NCBI GenBank assembly: GCA_964484475.1
Contig: CAZAFU010000001.1
Location: forward strand, 142-64,141
Direction: 5' to 3'
DNA: 64,000 bases
DNA from: an uncultured Caulobacterales bacterium
GTDB taxonomy: Bacteria; Pseudomonadota; Alphaproteobacteria; Caulobacterales; Parvularculaceae
Below are positions 19,251 to 28,120 of the stretch, piece by piece. Within the stretch, counting starts at the first letter, position 1, and each line of letters starts with the position of its first letter. A model generated the notes under the pieces. The model was given only the letters and a program-made list of their open reading frames with translations, was not told the origin of the DNA and did not search any database. The translations under genes were made by a program, and so were the position numbers.

Positions 19251-20620
19251 CACGCCGCATCCTGATTGTCCGGAAGGTCCGCGGGGGAGGCGATCCTGCC
19301 AGCGACCGCCGAAGCCGCGACCACGGCGGGGCTGGCAAGGTGGGTCCTGACACCCGGGCCCTGCCGTCCTTCAAAATTTCGGTTGGTCGAAGAGACGACC
19401 CTCGTGCCGGGCGCGAAGGTCTCGCCACCGGCATAGAAGCACATGGCGCAGCCCGGCATGCCCCATTCGAAGCCAGCCTCGGTGAAGACCCGATCGAGGC
19501 CAAGCCGTTCGGCCTCACGCTTCACCATCTGGGAACCGGGTACGCAGACGGCCCTGACGCCTTTTGCGATCCGCCTGCCCCTAAGCACCTTCGCAGCGGC
19601 TTCGAGGTCGGTCAGACGGCCGTTCGTACAGGACCCGATGAAGGCACCCCCGATCTCGAGCCCGTCGAGCCGCCCGCCCCGCTCGAGATCCATGTAGGAA
19701 AGCGCAGAGGGCCGCGCGTCTTCCGGGATGGGCGACCCGATCGCCACGGCTTCCTCGGGACTCGTACCCCAGGTGACGATGGGCCGGACATCGCCTGCAT
19801 CGATGGTGATCTCGGCGTCGAAAGCGGCGTCCTCGTCTGTGTACAAATCACCCAGCCTCGCTGGCGGAGAGAAGTTCCGGCCCTCGCAGTAGGCCCAAGT
19901 CTTCTCGTCCGGAGCGATGACCGCGGTAAAGGCCGCGAATTCGACGGCGAGATTGCAAAGCGACAGGCGGCTTTCGATATCGAGGGCCCTGACCGCCTCC
20001 CCTGCGTATTCGACGGCCATACCGGCACCGCCATTCGCTCCGTACCGCGAGATGATATGGAGTGCGAGATCCTTGGCGGAGACATCCTCCGGCAGGCTCC
20101 CCTCCACGGTGATCCGCATCTGGCCGGGTTTGCGAACGCGGATGCAGCCTGTGGCGAGCACGTGCTCGGCCTCGGAGGAACCGATCCCCCATGCAAGGGC
20201 GCCGAGGGCGCCGAGACTGCAGGTATGGCTGTCGGGGCAGACAAGACTGACGCCCGGCGCCGCAATACCGAGCTCGGGCGCCACGACATGCACGATACCC
20301 TGGGACGGATCGTCAGTGTCGATGAGGTGAAGGCCCGCCTGCCTGGCCATGGCGCGGGTTTCGGTAATGAAGACCTCGCCACCGGGACTGCGCGCCTCAT
20401 CGGCCCCCCGGCCCGAACGGAACGAGACGATATGGTCCATGACGGCGAAGACCCTGGCGGGATCCATGACGGCGTATCCCCGTTCCTGAAGGCTCTTGAG
20501 GGCGACCCCGCCCGTCCGTTCGTGCAGCATGAGGCGGTCAACGGCCAGGAGCGCGTGCCCGCCGATGTCCGCGCCAGCAATCAGGTGTGCGTCCCACAGC
20601 TTGTCGAAAAGAGTCCTCAT
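19250..20620 (-). CDS. leuC: 3-isopropylmalate dehydratase large subunit-like protein (probable catabolic paralog)
   Basis: RTLFDKLWDAH, DSHT, the [4Fe-4S] Cys motifs GSCTNGR and PGCAMC, and NRNFEGRQG. Confidence 0.92.
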   Translation of the reverse strand: MRTLFDKLWDAHLIAGADIGGHALLAVDRLMLHERTGGVALKSLQERGYAVMDPARVFAVMDHIVSFRSGRGADEARSPGGEVFITETRAMARQAGLHLIDTDDPSQGIVHVVAPELGIAAPGVSLVCPDSHTCSLGALGALAWGIGSSEAEHVLATGCIRVRKPGQMRITVEGSLPEDVSAKDLALHIISRYGANGGAGMAVEYAGEAVRALDIESRLSLCNLAVEFAAFTAVIAPDEKTWAYCEGRNFSPPARLGDLYTDEDAAFDAEITIDAGDVRPIVTWGTSPEEAVAIGSPIPEDARPSALSYMDLERGGRLDGLEIGGAFIGSCTNGRLTDLEAAAKVLRGRRIAKGVRAVCVPGSQMVKREAERLGLDRVFTEAGFEWGMPGCAMCFYAGGETFAPGTRVVSSTNRNFEGRQGPGVRTHLASPAVVAASAVAGRIASPADLPDNQDAA

Positions 20621-20638
20621 GGAAGGGGCAACCTACCA

Positions 20639-20654
20639 CAAAGATATATCATTT
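20639..20654. promoter_or_regulatory. Operator copy 6 (CAAAGATATATCATTT)
   Basis: 18 nt upstream of the leuC-like start. Confidence 0.75.
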
Positions 20655-20690
20655 GAAGGCGTCCGGCCCGGAAGCAGTTGCGTCCACGTT

Positions 20691-21629
20691 TCAGGTGGCT
20701 ATCTCCCGCGGGATCCTTGGCCGGCCGATACCGCATTCAAGCCTGTCACGCTCCCAGCCGCCCGATTCCGCCGCGGCCTCGTAGGTCGAGAAGAGGAATG
20801 CCAGCAGGGCCTCCTCAGGGTCCGAGGAACGCCTGACGTCGTCGTAGCCGAGGACGAACTCACCGAGATCGTCCCTCCATCGTGCCCCACCCGGTTCGAC
20901 CGTCGCCGCGGAAAACCCTTCCGGGGTCGGATAGGCGTAGCTGTAGAAGCTCGCCTTCTCGACACCCCCTCCCCCCGGCCAGAAACCGGCCGAGCTTACC
21001 TCGTGGCTATAGGCCTCGCGCGTGATCTCATCGGGAAGATTCGGGATCCCGCCCGGATGCAGTGGTGCCGGCCTGCCCGAGAACCGGGTGACCGCAAGGT
21101 CGAAACTGCCCCAGAAAAGGTGGACGGGGCTGACCTTGCCGACGAACGCGGTCCTGAACCGCTCGAAGACCGGCACCATCTTGAGCAGCGCGACGTGGTA
21201 GCGGCGGACCGCCTCGGCATCGTAGGGCCGTTCGGCATGGTCGTCCGCGAAGGGAACCGGCTCGGGAATCTCGTTCGGCCTACCGTGGATGTCGGGTGTC
21301 CCCCCGAGCACGCCGATCGCGGCACTCACGTTATCGAGAAAACGCGAAACACTCATGGCACGGAGGGGAAAGCTCTCCTTCCGGCCCTCGGCATCTTCCG
21401 CGACGAAGCGATGGTGGATGAAATCGAAGCCGAGGGTGATCGGCCCACCCGGGTCGGGTACGGGTCCGGTCGTCAGCCCCGTGCCGGTGACATAGAGGGT
21501 CGCGTGCCACGAATGGTTGACCCACGGCGTATGGGCCAGCCGGTACTTGCCGAGAATCTGGCTATAAAGATGCAGGGCAGCGGCGGTGTCGTGCCATTGT
21601 TTTGCGTCAAGGTCGGGCCAGTCGCTCAT
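20691..21629 (-). CDS. DUF5996 family protein
   Basis: WP.L....W.DT...LHL..QI.GK.RL, PVHLFWGSFDLAVTRFSGR and EAYSHEVSSAGFWPG motifs. Confidence 0.88.
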   Translation of the reverse strand: MSDWPDLDAKQWHDTAAALHLYSQILGKYRLAHTPWVNHSWHATLYVTGTGLTTGPVPDPGGPITLGFDFIHHRFVAEDAEGRKESFPLRAMSVSRFLDNVSAAIGVLGGTPDIHGRPNEIPEPVPFADDHAERPYDAEAVRRYHVALLKMVPVFERFRTAFVGKVSPVHLFWGSFDLAVTRFSGRPAPLHPGGIPNLPDEITREAYSHEVSSAGFWPGGGGVEKASFYSYAYPTPEGFSAATVEPGGARWRDDLGEFVLGYDDVRRSSDPEEALLAFLFSTYEAAAESGGWERDRLECGIGRPRIPREIAT

Positions 21630-23107
21630 CGGAAGCTCCTCCGAGGGCTATTTTCTCTCCCGGGACCGGCAGTGGTCACGATGAGGTCGGGACCTGCCCT
21701 CAGGGTCCTGAAGACGGTGACCTGCGCCCTGGCTGTGCGGGTACGGGCGGAGGCCAGCTGGGTCGCGGCCTCGAGCTGGCGCCGTTCGGCATCGAGCACG
21801 GTCAGGAAATCGGCGGCCCCGCTATCGAAGCGGAGCCTTGCGAGGCGGGCCGCTTCGCTGCTCGACCGCTCGGCCTCCTCGAGGGCCTCGAGCTGGCGAT
21901 GGGCCGCACGCTGTTCGGCGAGTGCGGTTTCGGTCTCCGCGAGGGCATTCAGGACCGTTCGCTCGTAGTTCTCGAACGCGCCCTCGGCGTTGGCCGACGC
22001 CGCCATCACCCGCTGGCGGAAACGCAAGAGGTCGGTGAGGGACCACGTGATGGTGGGGCCGTAGGAAAAGTTGATGGCGCGTTCGGTGAAGGTGTCCTCG
22101 AACTCGATGCTCTGCACACCTACGGATGCCGTAAGCTGGACTCTCGGAAATGCGGATGTCATCTGCAGCCCGATCGCCTCTACCGCTGCTTCCAGCGAGC
22201 GCTCGGCCACCCGGATGTCGGGCCTGCGCCTGATGAGAGCCCCGACGTCACCGATGGGCAGGGCAGCCTCGATGGCGGGGAGCGGTGCTTCCGCTGCGGT
22301 TATTTCAGTCACGCGCTGGGGCGTCGTGCCTATCAGGACGCCGAGGCGGTAGCGCTCCGAAGCGGCAAGCGCCTCGAGTGGCGGGATCGCCGCGACGGTT
22401 GTTGCGAGCTGTGCCCGGGCCCGCTCCACATCGAGGTCGGTTCCGCGACCCGCATCGCGCCGTACGGTGACGAGATCGACGGTCTCGCGCTGGTTCTCGG
22501 CGTTCCTGCGGGCAACGGCGAGTTGGGCTTCCACACCCCTCAGGGAAATGTAGGCATCGGCGGTTTCGGCGATGACGATTGTCTGGAGATCGGCGAGTTG
22601 GGCCTGAACGGAGCCGAGGTTCGCTTCGGCGATGGCGATGCTCCGCGTCACCCGGCCCCAGAGGTCGACTTCCCAACTGGCCGCGCTTGATAGACTGAAG
22701 ATCTCGATCGTCGGCAGGGTCCCGTCACCGAAGTCGAAACCGTCCCCCCCGCCAAAACCGGCTGCGACGGTGGTCGCGGACTGGCGCTGCCGGACATAGG
22801 CGCTGGAGATCGTGTCGAACGGCAAGCGGTCGAGCCGGGCGAGCCCCACCCGCGCCCTCGCCTCGTTCACATTGGCGACCGCAACACCGAGCTGATTGTT
22901 CTCGGCAAGGGCGATCGCCACGAGTTCATCGAGTTGGGGGTCGTCAAAGGCCGTCCACCAGCCCGAGAGCGGGGGCCCCTCCGCATACCCCTCCACCTCG
23001 ACAAAACCGGTTCCGCCAGGAACCGGATCGGGCTCCTCGTAGTCGGGACCAATGACGGCGCAGCCTGCAAGAACGGCCAGCAGGAGCGGAGGATGGAGGA
23101 GCCTCAT
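21626..23107 (-). CDS. RND efflux outer membrane lipoprotein (NodT/OprM family)
   Basis: LAGC lipobox; WWTAFDDPQL, SWEVDLWG and RRPDIR.AER motifs. Confidence 0.95.
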   Translation of the reverse strand: MRLLHPPLLLAVLAGCAVIGPDYEEPDPVPGGTGFVEVEGYAEGPPLSGWWTAFDDPQLDELVAIALAENNQLGVAVANVNEARARVGLARLDRLPFDTISSAYVRQRQSATTVAAGFGGGDGFDFGDGTLPTIEIFSLSSAASWEVDLWGRVTRSIAIAEANLGSVQAQLADLQTIVIAETADAYISLRGVEAQLAVARRNAENQRETVDLVTVRRDAGRGTDLDVERARAQLATTVAAIPPLEALAASERYRLGVLIGTTPQRVTEITAAEAPLPAIEAALPIGDVGALIRRRPDIRVAERSLEAAVEAIGLQMTSAFPRVQLTASVGVQSIEFEDTFTERAINFSYGPTITWSLTDLLRFRQRVMAASANAEGAFENYERTVLNALAETETALAEQRAAHRQLEALEEAERSSSEAARLARLRFDSGAADFLTVLDAERRQLEAATQLASARTRTARAQVTVFRTLRAGPDLIVTTAGPGRENSPRRSFR

Positions 23108-26100
23108 TCGGCAGGCTCCTCGCCGGACGAAACCCGCGACTTCCGGGGGCGAGACATCTTCTCTTCGAGCCAGGACGCGAAGACGTAGAAGACCGGCGTC
23201 AGGAAGAGACCGAACAGGGTCACGCCAAGCATCCCGGCGAAGACCGCGACACCGAGGACGTTGCGCATTTCCGCCCCGGGTCCCGAGGCGACAACCAGCG
23301 GAACGACGCCAAGGATGAACGAGAACGCCGTCATCAGGACCGGACGCAGGCGGATCTTCGCGGCTTCGGTAGCGGCGGAATACCGGTCGAGGCCGTCACG
23401 CTGCTGGAGCTGCTTGGCGAACTCGACGATCAGCACCGCGTTCTTCGTGGCAAGCCCGATCAGGACGACGAGCCCGATCTGGGTCAGGATGGTGTTCGCC
23501 TGCCCGGCGATGACCACGCCCACCATGGCCGAAAGAAGACCCATGGGGACGATGAGGATCACGGCCAGCGGAAGGGTCAGGCTCTCGTACTGGGCGGCGA
23601 GGAAGAGGAAGACGAAGATCACTGCAAGGACGAAAGCCAATGCGCCAGTGTTGCCCGCTGAAATCTGCTGGTAGGCGATCTCCGTCCACTCATAGCCGAA
23701 GCCGGGCGGCAGGACCTCGTCCGCAAGTGCTTCCATGCGCGCGATCGATTCCCCGGAAGAGACCCCGATCGCGGGCTCCCCCTGCACGGCGGCCGCAGGG
23801 TAGAGGTTGAAGCGCAGGACCCGCGAGGCGCCGGTGGTGCGCTCGGGTTCCGCGACGGTTTGCACGGGGACCATCTCGCCCCGGCTGTTGCGGGCGTAGT
23901 AGTCGGAGATGTTGCCGACGTCCCGCCGGAACGGCGCATCGGCCTGGGCGGTGACCCGGTAGGTGCGCCCGAGATAGTTGAAGTCGTTGATGAAGGCCGA
24001 CCCGAGATAACCCTCGAGAGCCTCGAAGACGTTGCCGACCGGAAGGCCCATCAGCTCAGCCTTCTCCCGGTTGATGTCGAGATAGACCTGCGGGGTCGAG
24101 GTCTCGAAGAAGGTGATGACGTTCCTGAGGTCGGGATCCTCGTTCGCCGCCATCATGAGCGAGAACGCAGCCTGCTGAAGGGCCGGAAGGCCCGCGCCCG
24201 AGCGGTCCTGCACCATCATCTTGAAGCCCGAGCCGTTGCCGATGCCACGGATCGGCGGAGGCGCTATGACCAGGACGAAGGCTTCGTCGATCTGCGAGGC
24301 GAAGGCGCCCTGGAGCCGGGTCTGGAGCTCCTGGTAGCCCGGCCGCTCTCCGAAATCCGACATGGTGAAAAAGATGGCGCCGGCATTCGACGCGTTCGTG
24401 AAAGTGGCGCCGTTGAAGCCTGCGAACTGGGCGGCGTGCTCGATCCCGTCGATGGCGAGGCCGATGTCGGTCACCCGCTTGACCACCTGGTCCGTCCGCT
24501 GAAGGGACGATCCGGGGGGAAGGTTGACCACCGTGATGAGATAGCCCTGGTCCTGCTCGGGAACGAAACCGCCGGGGACGGACCGGAAGACCCCCACGGT
24601 CGCAAGCAGGAGGACGCCATAGACCGCAGCGGCGATCATGCCCCGCCTGACGACCCGGCAGACCCAGTCGGCATATTTCCCGGACATCCCGTCGAAACCC
24701 CGGTTGAAGGCAGCGAAGAAGGCTCGCAGCGGCCGCAGGAGGGCATGATGATCGCCTTTCCGCCGATGCTCCGGGTTCCTCAGAAGAAGCGCCGCCATCG
24801 CGGGGCTGAGGGTGAGGGACACCAGGGTGGAAATCACCGTCGACGCTGCAATGGTAAGGGCGAACTGCCGATAGAAGGCGCCGGAGAGGCCGGGGATGAA
24901 GGACGTCGGCACGAAAACCGCGCAAAGGACAAGGGACGTCGCGATCAGCGCGCCGCCCACTTCCGCCATCGAGTCCCGCGTCGCCTCCCGGGGCGTCTTG
25001 CCCAGCTCGAGGTTCCTCTCGACGTTCTCGACGACGACGATCGCGTCATCGACCACGATGCCGATCGCCAGCACCAGTCCGAAAAGCGAAAGCGTATTCA
25101 GCGAAAACCCGAAAAGCGCCATGATCGCGAAGGTGCCGACCAAGGATACGGGAATGGCGATCACCGGAATGAGGGCCGCACGGAAACTCTGCAGGAAGAC
25201 GAAGACCACAAGCACAACAAGCAGCGTCGCCTCGATGAGAGTGCGATAGACGGCCTTCACCGACTGGTCGACGAACTCGGTCGGGTTGTAGATGACCCGG
25301 TATTCGAGCCCGGGCGGGAAATCCCCTGCCATCTCCTCCATCAGGTCAAGGACATCACCGGATGTCGTCAGCGCATTCGAGCCCGGCCGCTGGAAGATGC
25401 CCATGGCAACCGCGGGCTGGTTATCGAGATAGGCGTTGGTGGTGTAATCCTGGGCACCGAGCTCGACACGGGCGACGTCACGCACGCGCACGAGCGCATC
25501 GCGTCCGTCGGACTTGATGACGATGTTGCCGAACTCCTCCGGCGCGGTCAGGCGTCCCTGGGTCTGGACGGCGAGCTGGAAGGCACCGGGATCCTCGATC
25601 GGGGCCTGGCCGAGCGTGCCCGAGGCGACCTGCACGTTCTGGCCCCTCAATGCCCTGATGATATCGCCCACGGATAGATCGAGCTGCGCCGCCTTGTGGG
25701 GATCGATCCAGACCCGCATCGCGTAGTCGCGGGCGCCGAAGACGAGAACCTGCCCGACCCCGTCGATCCTGGACAGCCGGTCACGAACCTGCAGGGTCGC
25801 ATAGTTCGAGACGTAGAGCTGGTCGTAGGTCTCGTCGGGGGAGAGAAGGTGTATGACCATGAGGAAGTCCGGCGAGGACTTCTGGGTGACGACCCCGAGG
25901 CGGCGAACGGGTTCGGGAAGCCGCGGCTCGGCCCTCGCCACCCTGTTCTGGACGAGCACCTGTGCGTCGTCGATGTTCGTGCCCTGGGCGAAGCTGATGG
26001 TCGTGGTGACCTGGCCGTCGACGGCCTGACTCTGCATGTAGATCATGCCCTCGACGCCGTTGATCTCCTGTTCCAAAGGCGTGGCCACCGTCTTCGCAAC

Positions 26101-26274
26101 GGTATCGGCGGAGGCCCCGGGGTAGGCTGCGGTCACCTGTACCGTCGGCGGGGCAACCTCCGGGAACTGCGCGACCGGCAACGCGAGATACGCGATCATC
26201 CCGACAAGGACGATCACGATCGAGATTACCGAAGCGAAGATCGGCCGGTCGATGAAATGGTTGGAGATCGGCAT
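23104..26274 (-). CDS. RND efflux permease (HAE1/AcrB-MexF-like)
   Basis: FIDRPIFA, GIVVDDAIVVVENVER and RLRPVLMT motifs; 1056 aa. Confidence 0.97.
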   Translation of the reverse strand: MPISNHFIDRPIFASVISIVIVLVGMIAYLALPVAQFPEVAPPTVQVTAAYPGASADTVAKTVATPLEQEINGVEGMIYMQSQAVDGQVTTTISFAQGTNIDDAQVLVQNRVARAEPRLPEPVRRLGVVTQKSSPDFLMVIHLLSPDETYDQLYVSNYATLQVRDRLSRIDGVGQVLVFGARDYAMRVWIDPHKAAQLDLSVGDIIRALRGQNVQVASGTLGQAPIEDPGAFQLAVQTQGRLTAPEEFGNIVIKSDGRDALVRVRDVARVELGAQDYTTNAYLDNQPAVAMGIFQRPGSNALTTSGDVLDLMEEMAGDFPPGLEYRVIYNPTEFVDQSVKAVYRTLIEATLLVVLVVFVFLQSFRAALIPVIAIPVSLVGTFAIMALFGFSLNTLSLFGLVLAIGIVVDDAIVVVENVERNLELGKTPREATRDSMAEVGGALIATSLVLCAVFVPTSFIPGLSGAFYRQFALTIAASTVISTLVSLTLSPAMAALLLRNPEHRRKGDHHALLRPLRAFFAAFNRGFDGMSGKYADWVCRVVRRGMIAAAVYGVLLLATVGVFRSVPGGFVPEQDQGYLITVVNLPPGSSLQRTDQVVKRVTDIGLAIDGIEHAAQFAGFNGATFTNASNAGAIFFTMSDFGERPGYQELQTRLQGAFASQIDEAFVLVIAPPPIRGIGNGSGFKMMVQDRSGAGLPALQQAAFSLMMAANEDPDLRNVITFFETSTPQVYLDINREKAELMGLPVGNVFEALEGYLGSAFINDFNYLGRTYRVTAQADAPFRRDVGNISDYYARNSRGEMVPVQTVAEPERTTGASRVLRFNLYPAAAVQGEPAIGVSSGESIARMEALADEVLPPGFGYEWTEIAYQQISAGNTGALAFVLAVIFVFLFLAAQYESLTLPLAVILIVPMGLLSAMVGVVIAGQANTILTQIGLVVLIGLATKNAVLIVEFAKQLQQRDGLDRYSAATEAAKIRLRPVLMTAFSFILGVVPLVVASGPGAEMRNVLGVAVFAGMLGVTLFGLFLTPVFYVFASWLEEKMSRPRKSRVSSGEEPAE

Positions 26275-26280
26275 GGCCGG

Positions 26281-27447
26281 CTATTGTCCCGACGCTGCTT
26301 CATCGGGACCGCCGGACGGGTTCCGGGGGCGCGGCTGGACCGGCATTCCGGGCCGGAGGTTGGTAAACCCACCGATGATCACGTCCGCATCGGGCTCGAG
26401 GCCCGCTTCGATGATCCTCATGTTGTCATCGAGGAGGCGACCGGGCTCGACGAAGCGCATGGCCGACTGCCCCTCCTGCACAACCCAGACGAACTGCCTC
26501 GCCTGGTCGAACTGGATCGCCATGTCGGGCACCACCATCGCCTCGAAGGGGTCGCGGCCATAAAGGCGCATCTCGCCGAACATTCCGGGGACCAGGACAC
26601 CGTCGTCGTTTGGAACCAGCGCACGCCCGAGAATGGTACCAGTGCCGGCGTCGATCTCGTTGTCGACGAAGTCCATCGTGCCGCCGATATCGTACCCGTC
26701 GCCGCCGTCGATCTTGATCTGGACCGGGTTCGGTGCGTCCCGCGAACTCGTCCGCGCTCCGTCCCGATCCATCCGCACATAGTTGAGGTAGTCGCCCTCG
26801 GTGCCGGTGAACGTGAAATGGATCGGATCCACCGCCACAATCGTGGTCAGGACGGTCTCCCCGGCCGAGACGAGATTGCCGCGATCCACGCGCCGCTGGC
26901 TGATGCGTCCGCTGATGGGTGCATGGATCTCGGTGAAGCCGAGGTCGAGTTCGGCCTGCCGCACCGAGGCCTGCGCGCCCGCGAGGCTCGCTTTTGCCCC
27001 GTCGCGGGCCTGGAGGGCACGGTCATACTCCTCGCGCGAGCCGGCGCGGGCATCGAGAAGCTGCTTGGCCCGCGCCAGCTCCCCCTCGGCAAGACGCTGG
27101 CTGGTCTCGATCTGCTGGTAGGCCGCGCGGGCCTGGTCGAGGTTGGCCAGGAAAGGCCGCTGATCGATGGTAAAGAGGAGCTGGCCCTCCTCGACCATCG
27201 CACCGTCATCGAAGTGGACAGCCGAGAGGTAGCCCGAAACCCTTGGACGGAGTTCAGCCCGCTCCACCGCTTCGAAGCGGCCGATGTAATCGTCCCATAG
27301 CTGAACGGATCGGATCTCCGGCCTTGCAACCGTGACGGGAACAGGGCCGAAGCCCTGTGCCTCCTGCGCCTGTGGTCCGCACGATGACAGGCCCAAGACG
27401 CTGACGAGCAGCAGGAACGCGAATGAACAGGCAATTCTAGGGGACAT
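26281..27447 (-). CDS. RND efflux periplasmic adaptor subunit
   Basis: LSSC lipobox; RPRVSGY, APISGRI and FVDNEID..TGTI motifs. Confidence 0.95.
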   Translation of the reverse strand: MSPRIACSFAFLLLVSVLGLSSCGPQAQEAQGFGPVPVTVARPEIRSVQLWDDYIGRFEAVERAELRPRVSGYLSAVHFDDGAMVEEGQLLFTIDQRPFLANLDQARAAYQQIETSQRLAEGELARAKQLLDARAGSREEYDRALQARDGAKASLAGAQASVRQAELDLGFTEIHAPISGRISQRRVDRGNLVSAGETVLTTIVAVDPIHFTFTGTEGDYLNYVRMDRDGARTSSRDAPNPVQIKIDGGDGYDIGGTMDFVDNEIDAGTGTILGRALVPNDDGVLVPGMFGEMRLYGRDPFEAMVVPDMAIQFDQARQFVWVVQEGQSAMRFVEPGRLLDDNMRIIEAGLEPDADVIIGGFTNLRPGMPVQPRPRNPSGGPDEAASGQ

Positions 27448-28120
27448 ACTGGTGCCTCGGTGGCGGGCAGGAGCCCGCTCCTGACAGCTCGGACGAGCCC
27501 CATTCAAAAACTATGCCTGCGATCACTCCCGCGCAATGTTGCTGCGCAGCAAGCACCGAAGGGGCGACCATCGCGGCGCGCCTGGAATGGCAGGACGTGC
27601 CAGCGGGTTCGAGACATTCGTCGCAGCCGGGTCGCTGTCTTCCGGAGTGGCAGATGCCGATACACGCCCCGTGGTCGTCGGGCGTCGCGGCGCAGCCGGC
27701 CTGGGATCTCAGAAGTGGTGCGCGCGATGATGAGGACATAGGCCCGCTAGGTGCACTCGAGGAGCGCAGCGGGAAAGGGCGGTGGCCTTTTTGAGCACGC
27801 GAACGGAACCCGGGTCCCGCAAGCTTCGAAAGATCAGTAGGATGAAAGAAATCCACCCACGCGGCATCCATCATCGGTCCACTGACGCCCGCAACCGCGA
27901 GGACGGGTTGTCACGGCATCTTCGCCGAACCGTCGCAAGGCATCGCACCGTTGACCGGGCATGGAACTATCGCGCAAACCGGAGAGTTCCTTTTGGGCGA
28001 CAAACCGCCGGGCCGGTCGAACGGTCGCACATGAAGTGCTTGTGCCAGCACCCCGCGCGGCGTTGACAGCCAGGGACGAGCAAGGGGTTTGCAAACCCGT
28101 TCCGGTGTGAGGAGTGTCAG

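Noticed and set aside
18636-20620. leuCD as the housekeeping leucine biosynthesis genes
   Set aside because: Divergent substrate-region motifs, no leuB, and membership of the operator-defined block favour a catabolic paralog; not formally excluded
23860-27300. Long plus-strand ORFs (605 and 534 aa) opposite the RND genes
   Set aside because: Antisense shadow ORFs typical of high-GC codon bias; no motifs, and the opposite strand encodes clear proteins
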